A DNA stretch of 64,000 nucleotides from a virus. A model generated the notes under the pieces. That model searched no databases. It saw only the letters and a list, made by a program, of their open reading frames with translations, and had not been told where the DNA came from. The position numbers were made by a program, and so were the translations under genes. The stretch is taken from the IMG/VR virus record IMGVR_UViG_3300046171_000314, positions 83,879-147,878 of that record, one strand, 5' to 3'. Positions 38,239 through 47,906 of this stretch are shown one piece after another (positions within the stretch are counted from its first letter, which is position 1; each line of letters opens with the position of its first letter).

Positions 38239-41200
38239 ATGGCTGATTTTTCAACAGGTAGTGGTATTAGCGGTAGCGGTATCAGTGCTAGTGGGGACAA
38301 TGACAATTTGTCTCTTGCTTTTATTAACTTAAAAGGACAAACTGTCGCAGTGGGCGAGGCTCACGATGTCGAACTTGGTTTCTCTGCCTTAACTATTGGT
38401 ACAGATTCAGGTTCTCTTGAACTGTTATCCACAGGCAACATGCTATTTGATGCCTCGCAATACACTTTTCAGACAGGTGCTGTCAATTTCGATGCTGCTG
38501 TCACTATGGATACCACTCTTGGTGTCGATGGTGTTCTGACAGTTAATGATACTTCTGAGGCAACAAGTGCTACAACAGGTTCTGTCATAATAGATGGTGG
38601 TGTTGGTATTGCTAAGGATCTTTATGTAGGTATTGACCTCCATGTAGCAGGCGACCTTATTGCTGTCGGTGATGTAGCAGGTGCGACAGGTACTTTCGGA
38701 TCACTCACTGTTGGTGGTGGTTACGGTAGTTCAGGTGTTTCTGTATCAGCCACAGGTGACATTCAAGCGAATGGTGATCTTGATGTTGATGGTGCTATCA
38801 CAGGAACAGGTGGAGCAAATATCTCAGGTGGCGAGACAGTATTATCTTCTGCTACTGTATCTGACTTGACCGATAATCGTGTTGTTCTTGCAGGAACAGC
38901 AGGTGTTCTTGAAGATAGTGCAAACCTTACATATAATGGTACTGTGCTTACAATCGGTGGTCAATCACAAGGTACTACCGCATTATCTGTTTCAGGGGAT
39001 GCCGTAGTTACAGGTGATCTTACTGTTAATGGTGTTACCGTTACAGCAAATGCCGAAACAGTATTGTTTGAAGATACCATTCTTCAACTTGCAAACAATA
39101 CCACTTTCAACTCCAATTCTCTTGATGTTGGTTGGATGTATGAATATGCTAGTGGAGACTTCAAAGGTACTATTTATGACAATAATGCGAGTGAGTTTGC
39201 TTTCTTTGAAAATGGTGCGGAAGGTAGTACAGGTGTTATTACTATCAGCACTTATGCTGATATTCGTATCAAAGACCTTACAGCCGTAGGCGGAACATTT
39301 TCAGGAAATATTAGTGCTGTCGATGCTATTTTCACAGGTAACCTTCAGGTTGATGGTAACACAACTCTCGGTGACGCTGATACTGACACTCTTTCAATTA
39401 ATGCTAAGGTTGATACAGCCATTATCCCAAGTGGTAGTGTAAGTCTTGGTTCTGCAACAGCAAGTGAGCAATGGACATCTATCTTTGCTGTCAGTGGTGT
39501 CTTGGGTAATGGAACAAGTGCTTCTCTTACTTTTAATGGTGCATCAGGTAATAATACTTTCCAAGTTCCCAATAATGCTCAGGATGCTTTGTCTATCATA
39601 GATTCAGGTTCTACTGACATTATGGTGTTTGATAGTGTTGACGAAGAGATCCAAATTGCTAACTACGATGTATTTATCACCAATGGTCTTGATGTTGATG
39701 GAACAACCAATCTTGATGTTGTAGATATTGATGGTGGTCTTACTGCCGACACCGCTACCATTGAAGACCTTAATGTTGTTAATGCTGTTGTCTTTACAGA
39801 TGCAAATGGTACTCTTGATAACGATGCTACTCTGACCTTCGACACATCAAGTGCAACGAACGAACTTGCTTTGACAGGAAGTATGACCATTTCTGTTGAT
39901 CTTGATGTTGATGGTATTGCAAATCTTGATGTTGTGGATATTGATGGTGGTGCTAATATCGCAAGCGGTGCTGTTATTGATACCCTACAAGTCTCAGACT
40001 TGTCCGATGGTCGGGTTGTCTTGGCAGGTACATCAGGCGAACTTGAAGATAGTGCGAACTTGACCTTCAGTGGCTCTGCATTAGTTGTTACAGGTACTGC
40101 TGCTATCACCTCTACTCTTGATGTTGGAAGTACCTCTACCTTTGCCGATACCATTACATTAGATGGTGGGTCTACCGCTACTCAGACAATTAATTTTGCC
40201 ACAGGTGGTAACGGAAGGCTTCTCGCAGCAGATGAATTGCATCTCGATGGTGACATTGTTGAAGTCGCAGCAAGTGCAGGAAAGATTACTCTTGACTCTT
40301 CAACAGGTGTTGTTGAAATCAACGGTATTACTATCACAGAAAGTGCCGCTCAAACACACAATGATATCTTCGCTCAAATTTCTTTGGGAAGTAGCAATGT
40401 TGCTTTCTTGTATGAAGATTATCAAAGAGAAGAAAGTGAGACTTCAGATCATCTCGGTGCTGATCATGATGTATTTGGTGTCAATGAGTTGCTTGGTTTC
40501 AAGCCAATCTCTAAGCCTACTATTGACTTGGCAGAAGATAGAGGACAGGGACACCTTTACTCTGTAAATACCTCTGTTGTCGAAAACCAACTTGTCTTTA
40601 CGAATCTTGCTAATGGTGATGGTTTCAAGATAGCATTTGACGATGGCGGTTCTTCTTCCACTATCCAAGTTGACATCAACAACCCTGCCTCACCCTCCGC
40701 CCCGTACTATGTTTGGGCAGCAGGTGGTGTTGCTATTAATGTCGGTGCTGATGATAATGAAACTGTTCAAAGACTTGCGAATGCTTTGCAAGCAGCGGAT
40801 GCGAACAATCCATTCAATGGGCTACAGGTTGTTGCAGAACAAAATGCTCTTAAAATTGTTCAAGAAGATGCTGCCAAGCCTTTTGAGTCGCCTGTTCTCA
40901 CTAGCATTACTGATGCCGCAGGATCTGACTTAGTTATCAATGACTTCCCTGCTAATGGGGCAGGAACAGCAGCGTTTGTCAACGGAGCAATCAATCAGCC
41001 TGAACTTTATTGGGAAGATATCAAAATCACTAAGTGGACAGGTACTACTTACACCTTTGGTACTGACCTTCAAGCGGCTTATGACTCTGCCTCTGCTGAC
41101 CAAGATGTTCCTTCAATCATAATGGATGGTCAATACGACCTTTCTATTGAACTTGGAGATAGTTCCAAGTTTCAATTGGAGCGTTCATCGAAAGCAGTAA

Positions 41201-42204
41201 TCAACCGACATACGCTTACTTATGAAGGTGAGGCTGATCCAAGTTTGAGCAATGCTAATGTTTCTGAAATTCAGGACAGTGGTTTAGCCTTTGGACATGC
41301 CTCTATGTTCTGTGGTGAGTATGACTCTACAAATGCTGATGCGACTACTTTGCCCGCAGGTCTTGCTGTTGTTTCAAAAGAACAAAGTGTTATACAGGTT
41401 GTTTTTGATGCAAGCACAACAGGGGCTAACTTGCAGACTAAGATCGTTGCTCTTGAACGTGTTACTACTGCTCCTTTTACTCAAGGAACAGGTACTTCCA
41501 TTGATTACCAAGAAGGTGGGGCTTCTCCAAGAGGATGGACTATCAGTAATCCATTCGACTTGAAGTCTAGTATTGAGGCTCTTGCAAATGCAATCAACAC
41601 CTCTAACGGACCACAAGCAGGGAGTGCTTCGGACAGATTTTTCAAAGCATCTGTCATTGATATGGGAACTGATGGCGTAATGCTTCAAGTTATCGGTATC
41701 AATAATCCTGAGAGAGCCTACATTGATATGAGTGGGACTACCATCCTTGCATCAAATCTATCTCTTGTACAACAAAGACAAGTATCTGCTTTGTATAAAG
41801 CAGATTCCTCAGAGTCTTCTGACTCGATTGTTGGGATTGTTGCTAAGGGTGCTTCTCACGGTGATATGGTGCAATTGCATCAACCAAACACTGTCTTTGA
41901 GATTTCCCTTGCCTCAAACGTTACAGGGGCAGTAGGTCGAGAGTATCCTACTATCGGGGAAGAAATGTTTGTTGCTAATGAGGTTGGAACAGGTGAAAAG
42001 GGAGTCTTTATTCCTGCACAACATCTTGGTGATGCTACTCTTGGATTGGATGCAGGATCTCAGATATTCTCTGTGGGTTATGTTGCAGCCGCTCCTGAGG
42101 CAATTTGGGACCCCTCCGCTAATAGTGGTGCAGGTGGCTTTGTCTCTGCCCAAGTTGGTTGGCAGATCAAGTATCTTCCACGATTTGTTGCAATCAAGCC
42201 ATAA
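38239..42204 (+). CDS. Long fibre protein, probably a head fibre with a C-terminal cement-like domain
   Basis: 1321 aa; beta-repeats (LDVDG..NLDVVDIDGG twice; VSDL.D.RVVLAGT.G.LEDSANLT twice). Confidence 0.75.
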   Translation: MADFSTGSGISGSGISASGDNDNLSLAFINLKGQTVAVGEAHDVELGFSALTIGTDSGSLELLSTGNMLFDASQYTFQTGAVNFDAAVTMDTTLGVDGVLTVNDTSEATSATTGSVIIDGGVGIAKDLYVGIDLHVAGDLIAVGDVAGATGTFGSLTVGGGYGSSGVSVSATGDIQANGDLDVDGAITGTGGANISGGETVLSSATVSDLTDNRVVLAGTAGVLEDSANLTYNGTVLTIGGQSQGTTALSVSGDAVVTGDLTVNGVTVTANAETVLFEDTILQLANNTTFNSNSLDVGWMYEYASGDFKGTIYDNNASEFAFFENGAEGSTGVITISTYADIRIKDLTAVGGTFSGNISAVDAIFTGNLQVDGNTTLGDADTDTLSINAKVDTAIIPSGSVSLGSATASEQWTSIFAVSGVLGNGTSASLTFNGASGNNTFQVPNNAQDALSIIDSGSTDIMVFDSVDEEIQIANYDVFITNGLDVDGTTNLDVVDIDGGLTADTATIEDLNVVNAVVFTDANGTLDNDATLTFDTSSATNELALTGSMTISVDLDVDGIANLDVVDIDGGANIASGAVIDTLQVSDLSDGRVVLAGTSGELEDSANLTFSGSALVVTGTAAITSTLDVGSTSTFADTITLDGGSTATQTINFATGGNGRLLAADELHLDGDIVEVAASAGKITLDSSTGVVEINGITITESAAQTHNDIFAQISLGSSNVAFLYEDYQREESETSDHLGADHDVFGVNELLGFKPISKPTIDLAEDRGQGHLYSVNTSVVENQLVFTNLANGDGFKIAFDDGGSSSTIQVDINNPASPSAPYYVWAAGGVAINVGADDNETVQRLANALQAADANNPFNGLQVVAEQNALKIVQEDAAKPFESPVLTSITDAAGSDLVINDFPANGAGTAAFVNGAINQPELYWEDIKITKWTGTTYTFGTDLQAAYDSASADQDVPSIIMDGQYDLSIELGDSSKFQLERSSKAVINRHTLTYEGEADPSLSNANVSEIQDSGLAFGHASMFCGEYDSTNADATTLPAGLAVVSKEQSVIQVVFDASTTGANLQTKIVALERVTTAPFTQGTGTSIDYQEGGASPRGWTISNPFDLKSSIEALANAINTSNGPQAGSASDRFFKASVIDMGTDGVMLQVIGINNPERAYIDMSGTTILASNLSLVQQRQVSALYKADSSESSDSIVGIVAKGASHGDMVQLHQPNTVFEISLASNVTGAVGREYPTIGEEMFVANEVGTGEKGVFIPAQHLGDATLGLDAGSQIFSVGYVAAAPEAIWDPSANSGAGGFVSAQVGWQIKYLPRFVAIKP

Positions 42205-42234
42205 TACTTGAATAGTCAATAACTTTAAGTTATC

Positions 42235-42268
42235 CCCCACTTCTTTTGAGGTGGGGGTTTTCTTTTTT
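42235..42268 (+). terminator. Intrinsic terminator
   Basis: CCCCACTTC-TTTT-GAGGTGGGG followed by T runs. Confidence 0.75.
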
Positions 42269-42330
42269 GGGTATAGTATGCACAAGTGATAATCTTTGTA
42301 TATTTATCTCTCTTTGCACAGGAGATGTTT

Positions 42331-42687
42331 ATGTCTGACAATGAAGAAAAATTAGTAAATTTGGGTCTTGGTGATGCCATTCTCAGGTTGGTGCGTGTTC
42401 AATTTCAGCATCATATGAATTTTGGAGATACCAATAAAGCAAACAAAGAAGAAACACAAATGATTGTTGAGGCTCTTAATCAATATGAGTTAGACTTAGG
42501 GTTTGATTGTAATATGGATGGTGTTCCTGATACCATTGGGGATATAGCAGCCTTGAACAGCCTTAATATATTTAATGTGTCTGCGAAGACTTCTTGTTGT
42601 CGGATTTCTTTCACAGGAGAGAAGGAAGAGACCCCCAAGAAGAAGAGCACGATTCGTAGAAAGAAAACAAGTTCACGAAGAAAATAG
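42331..42687 (+). CDS. Hypothetical protein
   Basis: AGGAG RBS; basic tail. Confidence 0.55.
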   Translation: MSDNEEKLVNLGLGDAILRLVRVQFQHHMNFGDTNKANKEETQMIVEALNQYELDLGFDCNMDGVPDTIGDIAALNSLNIFNVSAKTSCCRISFTGEKEETPKKKSTIRRKKTSSRRK

Positions 42688-42696
42688 GAGAATAAA

Positions 42697-43011
42697 ATGT
42701 ATCCAACTTTTGTTTTATTGCTTATGGCATACGCCATTTGTTTTGGTATCCAACACAAAGTGCCCTTCTTTCATAGAAAGTTTGGTTGGGTAGACAGTAT
42801 GCTCGAATGTACATACTGCACAGGTTTCCACGCAGGGTGGATTACTTGGGCATTAACACACGCACTTCTTTGGAAAGCCCCTGCGGAATCCATAGGTGGA
42901 AATATCTTGTCAGTTATCTCTTGGGCTTTTGCTTCTGCTATCTTTTGCTATATTGCGGATGCTCTTGTGAAATGGTTCGAGGTTAATTCTGTTGAGATTG
43001 AGGAAGAGTAG
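42697..43011 (+). CDS. DUF1360-like membrane protein
   Basis: Hydrophobic helices with L.C.YC.GF motif. Confidence 0.6.
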   Translation: MYPTFVLLLMAYAICFGIQHKVPFFHRKFGWVDSMLECTYCTGFHAGWITWALTHALLWKAPAESIGGNILSVISWAFASAIFCYIADALVKWFEVNSVEIEEE

Positions 43012-43419
43012 ATGCCAATTGCTAGACAAGGGACTAGCAGTGGTGGGTCTTCCTTTGCTCACCCCTTTCCTGCAAATGAACTTATCCCACAAGGCTCTTT
43101 GGTGGCTGTCACACACTCAGGTGGAAACACAGAAATAGAGTTAGCACAACCAAGCACCAATGGGGAACGAGCCTTAGGTTTTGCGGTGGATGAGATTGCC
43201 GAAAATGCCACAGGCAAGTTCATAGTTAGTCGAGGGGCTTTGGTGACACCTGTGATAGCAGGAGGGGGAACGTTCACCCCTAATGACCCTGTGTATATGG
43301 TGGCGAATGGGGAGGTTTCACAAACACCTCCTTCTCAGGGTACAGTTACAATGATTGGTTATGCCACATCAACAACCGAACTTATACTTACAACAGATTT
43401 CAGGTTTATAAGACCATAA
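43012..43419 (+). CDS. Capsid cement-like protein
   Basis: ALGFA...G...PVYM..NG...IGYA pattern. Confidence 0.55.
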   Translation: MPIARQGTSSGGSSFAHPFPANELIPQGSLVAVTHSGGNTEIELAQPSTNGERALGFAVDEIAENATGKFIVSRGALVTPVIAGGGTFTPNDPVYMVANGEVSQTPPSQGTVTMIGYATSTTELILTTDFRFIRP

Positions 43420-43454
43420 ACTTGGTACAATAACAAACAAATTAGGAGAGCAAT

Positions 43455-44456
43455 ATGCAATTCACAAAGGGCACATTCCAAGAGTTCCGAGCGACAACCA
43501 AAGTACATTTGGGACAGGCAGGGATAGATATTCATCAGGATGACATCATTGAGTTTGATGGTCAGACATTAAATTATGGAGGCAATACTCACCAAGTTCC
43601 AACACTACGCTCGGCTATAAAGGCAGGGTGGTTTGTTTCTTCTACGGACACAACCTCTAAGTATGTTCCAAAGAGTGCTTCTATTTCTATTCGTTCAGCG
43701 AACACAGATGAGAAGAAGCAAATGTCTGTTAAGACAGTTCAGAATGAGGAGAGGGTTGTTGGGCGAGTTCCTGAAAAAGAAGATCCTTCAAAGGTGCAAG
43801 TTCAAGATGAGGGTACTCCTGTAAAGACGACATTAAAAACCTCCACTAAACAGAAGACCGTATTGACAGACAAGACAAATGTTGATCAAGAGGTCTCTAA
43901 ACTTGAAAACACACAGGTGAAGTCAAGCAAGTATCAGGTCGTTCGACAAGAAGATCAACGAGTGGAAACCTCACGAACCCCAAGTCCAAAAGCCTCTGTA
44001 CAAACAAGCAGAGATGATGGGGCGATTGTTGCAGGCAAGATAAAAAGTCCTGCCAAACAAAAGATTTCCCTTGATGGGACAAACAAGTCTTTTGATCAAG
44101 TGTATGCCCCAAAGAAAGCAGAGATTTTCAAGGTCGCTAAGGCAACAGGGGATGTCGATGAGCAAATAGAGGGCGAGGAACTTACGGAACTTTTGCCTGA
44201 GGCTGCGGTAGCCAAAACCACAATGCCAAGTGATGAGGTACAAGAAGAGGTACAAGTTGAGGTACAAGTTGAGGTACAAGATGAAACCGAAACACCGAAG
44301 GCGGAGTCTTTCGATTGGGATGTAAAAGCAAATTGGAGAACTCGTGTAAAGAAAGCCACTGCTTTGTACAATTCTGATAGGGATTTGTACAATCAAGTTC
44401 TTTTGTTAGAAACCGATGCGGTTAAGAAGAGAATCCTAGACGCTATTTCTGAATAG
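43455..44456 (+). CDS. Hypothetical protein with EVQV micro-repeats
   Basis: AGGAG RBS; GAGGTACAAG repeats at about 44235-44280. Confidence 0.6.
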   Translation: MQFTKGTFQEFRATTKVHLGQAGIDIHQDDIIEFDGQTLNYGGNTHQVPTLRSAIKAGWFVSSTDTTSKYVPKSASISIRSANTDEKKQMSVKTVQNEERVVGRVPEKEDPSKVQVQDEGTPVKTTLKTSTKQKTVLTDKTNVDQEVSKLENTQVKSSKYQVVRQEDQRVETSRTPSPKASVQTSRDDGAIVAGKIKSPAKQKISLDGTNKSFDQVYAPKKAEIFKVAKATGDVDEQIEGEELTELLPEAAVAKTTMPSDEVQEEVQVEVQVEVQDETETPKAESFDWDVKANWRTRVKKATALYNSDRDLYNQVLLLETDAVKKRILDAISE

Positions 44457-44517
44457 TCGATAAATCTTTTATATTTTGTGCCCCAATGAGTAATATATAT
44501 ATTCATTGGGGTTTCTT

Positions 44518-45534
44518 ATGAAGAAGACAGCAAGTTCGAGTTATGCTTCGTGGGCATTGATCACAGAAGGAGTCACTTCGGCTAGAGTCGAGGCGTATCG
44601 TCTTCGGCACTTATTAAATCGTACTATGGAGTTGGTTGAAAATTCTGAGAAGAAAGACCACCTCTATCAAGTGGGAGGGGATATCATTATGGGCTTCCCT
44701 CAAAGACTTCATAGGTTGGAAGAGACCTTAGATAGAACATCGTATGCCCTGTCTAAAATGGGCGAAGCACACCTTAGAGAAAGACTTCCTATCTCTGACA
44801 GGGAGTTGGTCGAAGAGAGCATAGAAAGGGCTGCTCCGCTATCCCCTGCTATGAGTAGAGCCGCAAAGAATGTGGCTCGCATTGCAAGCCGAAAAGAATT
44901 CTTTGACTTCTTGAAGAAATACTATGACAACATTCCTAATGCTCCACAACAGAAGACCGCTATTCTGCAATTCATCAAGTTTTGGTTCTTGGATAGTTTG
45001 GCGAAGATACCTGCAAAGGATGAGGCTTGGTTTGCTAAGAATAACATTTCCCAAGAGACTCCTCCTTTTGAGTTCCCTTTGAAGGCAAAGGTTGGGTATG
45101 GGGGAGGTAGTTTAACTATTAGCCCTAATGTCAAATTCAGATTCACCTCTCATTCTGTTGTTCGTTCTGTACTAAGAAATGTTTCTCTCAGAGAAGCAAT
45201 GAATGCCGTTCGTGAGCAACTTTTGTCGGTTTCAAAGAACCCTTCTGATATGAATCGAAGGTCACGATTTTTCAGTATGTTCAACGACAAACTTGTTGCA
45301 CATGGCAGAGGATCTATTCAGGTTTGGTACACCATAAGTGGTTTCCAACCTTATTCGTACCCCAATAACGCAGTGATACCAAAGGGTTCGGTGATCACAA
45401 TACACACCATTATCCAAGATGGGCAAGTGGAGAGAGCAGGGTCTGTAGATTTGAGCAAGTGGTTTGATCCACAGATTATTGGATTAAGTTCTTGGGATGA
45501 TATGGATTGGAACACAGTAAAAGACAGAAGGTAG
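44518..45534 (+). CDS. Two-module putative internal protein (helical domain plus FTSH..R domain)
   Basis: MKKTAS start; RAAKNVARIAS junction; late motif at 44459-44473. Confidence 0.6.
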   Translation: MKKTASSSYASWALITEGVTSARVEAYRLRHLLNRTMELVENSEKKDHLYQVGGDIIMGFPQRLHRLEETLDRTSYALSKMGEAHLRERLPISDRELVEESIERAAPLSPAMSRAAKNVARIASRKEFFDFLKKYYDNIPNAPQQKTAILQFIKFWFLDSLAKIPAKDEAWFAKNNISQETPPFEFPLKAKVGYGGGSLTISPNVKFRFTSHSVVRSVLRNVSLREAMNAVREQLLSVSKNPSDMNRRSRFFSMFNDKLVAHGRGSIQVWYTISGFQPYSYPNNAVIPKGSVITIHTIIQDGQVERAGSVDLSKWFDPQIIGLSSWDDMDWNTVKDRR

Positions 45535-45538
45535 TTAG

Positions 45539-46318
45539 GTGAAAAAAGGATCAAAAACCGCTTATAGTCCGCCTGCATCCGAACTTCCGGGTCAGCAGAC
45601 CTATGTCCGAGAAAAGGATGATACAGGATCAGGTGATAAGGACAGATCCCCTGATAGTGTTTTATCGCCTGACAAAGCCACACCTAGATCTCCAACTAGA
45701 CCCGACAGCAATAAAGAAGACAACATCACACACTTGGGACCTACCACATTCAATGTTCCTGATGGCACAGCAGATGAGATTAAATCTCGAACTAGACCTG
45801 CGGAGGGTGAGCAATATGGACACCCCTATAACGATCAAACCACGAATGTTCGGATAAAGAAAGACAGAAGAACCGCATCAGTTGGAAGAGCACTTGAACA
45901 ACAAATGACTCAAAGAGTTGCGAGTGCTTGGATAAAGAAAGCGGTTATTCGTGTTCGTGAAAGACCCCACGTAAAATCAAAAGGGCTGTTTAATACTCGA
46001 TACAAAAGAGATAAGCCTAAGTCGCAACAGAACCAACACCCCAATAAAGATAAGTTGAAGAAGAAAAGATACTATCGACGAAACAAGGCGAAGATTAGGC
46101 GAAAGAACAATATAAGATACAAGAGAAAGTATAAGAACAATCAGCGGTGGAAAAAAGTGCAACAGCGAAGGAAGGAGAACCCTGCCAAGCACGTTAGAAA
46201 ATCCCCCAACAAGTCCTTGTTGAAAAGAAATAGAAAGAAGCACCAAAAGAACTATAAGAACAGAAATAAGAGTGCCTTGTTGCAAAGAGTAGTAGACAGG
46301 TATTTGCTCTCTGAATAG
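45539..46318 (+). CDS. Protein with very basic protamine-like segment
   Basis: KTA, RTAS, RVASAW and terminal RVVDRY; Lys/Arg-rich C-terminal half. Confidence 0.65.
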   Translation: MKKGSKTAYSPPASELPGQQTYVREKDDTGSGDKDRSPDSVLSPDKATPRSPTRPDSNKEDNITHLGPTTFNVPDGTADEIKSRTRPAEGEQYGHPYNDQTTNVRIKKDRRTASVGRALEQQMTQRVASAWIKKAVIRVRERPHVKSKGLFNTRYKRDKPKSQQNQHPNKDKLKKKRYYRRNKAKIRRKNNIRYKRKYKNNQRWKKVQQRRKENPAKHVRKSPNKSLLKRNRKKHQKNYKNRNKSALLQRVVDRYLLSE

Positions 46319-46356
46319 TTGGTTTATATTTTTGATTGGTTTAGATTGAGGTTTTT

Positions 46357-47267
46357 ATGAGTGAATATGATGAAATCATTGAGGAAGAGTCTGAGGAAGA
46401 ATCTGAAGAGGATCATCTTGCAGTTAGTAGGATGCCTGAGACCCAAAGACGACAGATGAACAAGTCTCGCAAAAAAAACAAGGGCAAAAATCAGGGTGGA
46501 AAAAGAAAGAGAAGAAAAAAAGACAAGAAGAAGCGAAGAGAGAATAGATCAAAAATAAAGAGGTACAATAAAAGAAGGAATAAAAAGCCTTGGGGGGGGC
46601 TAGGGGGGCAGCCGAGAGAGTAGCGGCAAGATGGCTCAATGCGGACTTTCTCTATGAGAAAAGACCCCCTGAGGAAGATGAGATTTATTATCCAAGTGGC
46701 ACAAACTATTCTCCGAGTGGGGGTAATGGTTACTATAAGTTCGACCCTTCTAATAAAGAAAGAAAACCCTCTGAGGTTCAGAACACAGATGGGGAACAGC
46801 CTGATGTTGGAAACACATCAAGGGTTGTACCGAATGGGCAGTTTGTGAAAGCCTCTGACCATCCTCAATCGCTCAAGGACTTGGTTAATCGAGAGATAGA
46901 TTTGATAGGAGAATTGAATAAATTGGAAAAGGCTTTCAAAGAAACAGAGTCTTCTCGAAATGGCGAACGCCTAAAAGTTCATCGCTTGAGCAGAGAACAA
47001 TCTGAACACTTTAAGAAGATACTTATATTACTTGATGAGGAAGCCCACATTGAACAAGCAGTCAGCCTCGCAGATGCGATTGACCTACTAGGAAACCTCC
47101 GCAGAGAACTACTTATCCGACGGGAGAGTGTGCGAGAAAAACTTAGAGAAATCAGAAAAGAAATAAAAGAGTGGAACGAAGCAGAAGATAAAAGAATGGA
47201 AAAGATGATGAGAGAGATGTTCAATCGAGTAGCCCATCGATACTTACAGGGGAACTTGAAATGCTAA
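46357..47267 (+). CDS. Acidic-basic and coiled-coil protein, apparently one gene broken at the G8/G6 runs (46592-46608)
   Basis: ORFs 46357-46623 and 46590-47267 overlap at the G runs; RVAARW and RVAHRY motifs. Confidence 0.55.
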
Positions 47268-47906
47268 CTGCTATGGGCGATGTAATGAGAGAGGCATACA
47301 AGCGAGGTTGGATAACAACTCGTGATGGAAACATCTCCGTTATGATGACCGAAAGGAACATCTTGTATATCACACCAAGCGGTTGGCGAAAAACCATTCT
47401 TCATCCTGAGCATCTTATTCGTATTCCAACGAATGGCGACCTCTTGAACTTGGGCGAGACTGAAAACGCAAGTGGTGAATTAGAGATGCATTGGTTGTTA
47501 CAAAAAGACTATTCTCGAACTAGGGCGATAGTCCACCTTCACCCAACATACACAATCGCTGCTATGTTGAGGGGCTTCAATCTCCAACACTTATCAAACC
47601 ATTTTCCCGAACTTTCTCGATACACAAGAGTGGGAAAGACAGTGCCTATTCTCCCTGTTACATCTCCTGAATTAGCCACAGCAACAGCAGCGTCTTTTGA
47701 GGTGTCTAAGAAAGGAAAGTTGTCTTGTGATATTGTTGGACAAACGGGGCACGGAGTTTGTGCTGCCGCTAAGAATCCTTGGGGATGCCTTCGAACACAT
47801 TGAAAGGTTAGAGCATATTTGTCAAATCACATTGGCAAGTGGTGTTAATCCTTCTTTTTTTACACCGCCTCCTATTAATCGGAGTGGTAGGGAGTCTATG
47901 TTATGA
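47261..47906 (+). CDS. Class II aldolase/adducin family protein, apparent +1 frameshift near 47781-47784
   Basis: DGNIS, ITPSG, SGELEMH, HLHP, HGV; the WDAFEHIERLEH helix continues in the next frame. Confidence 0.8.
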
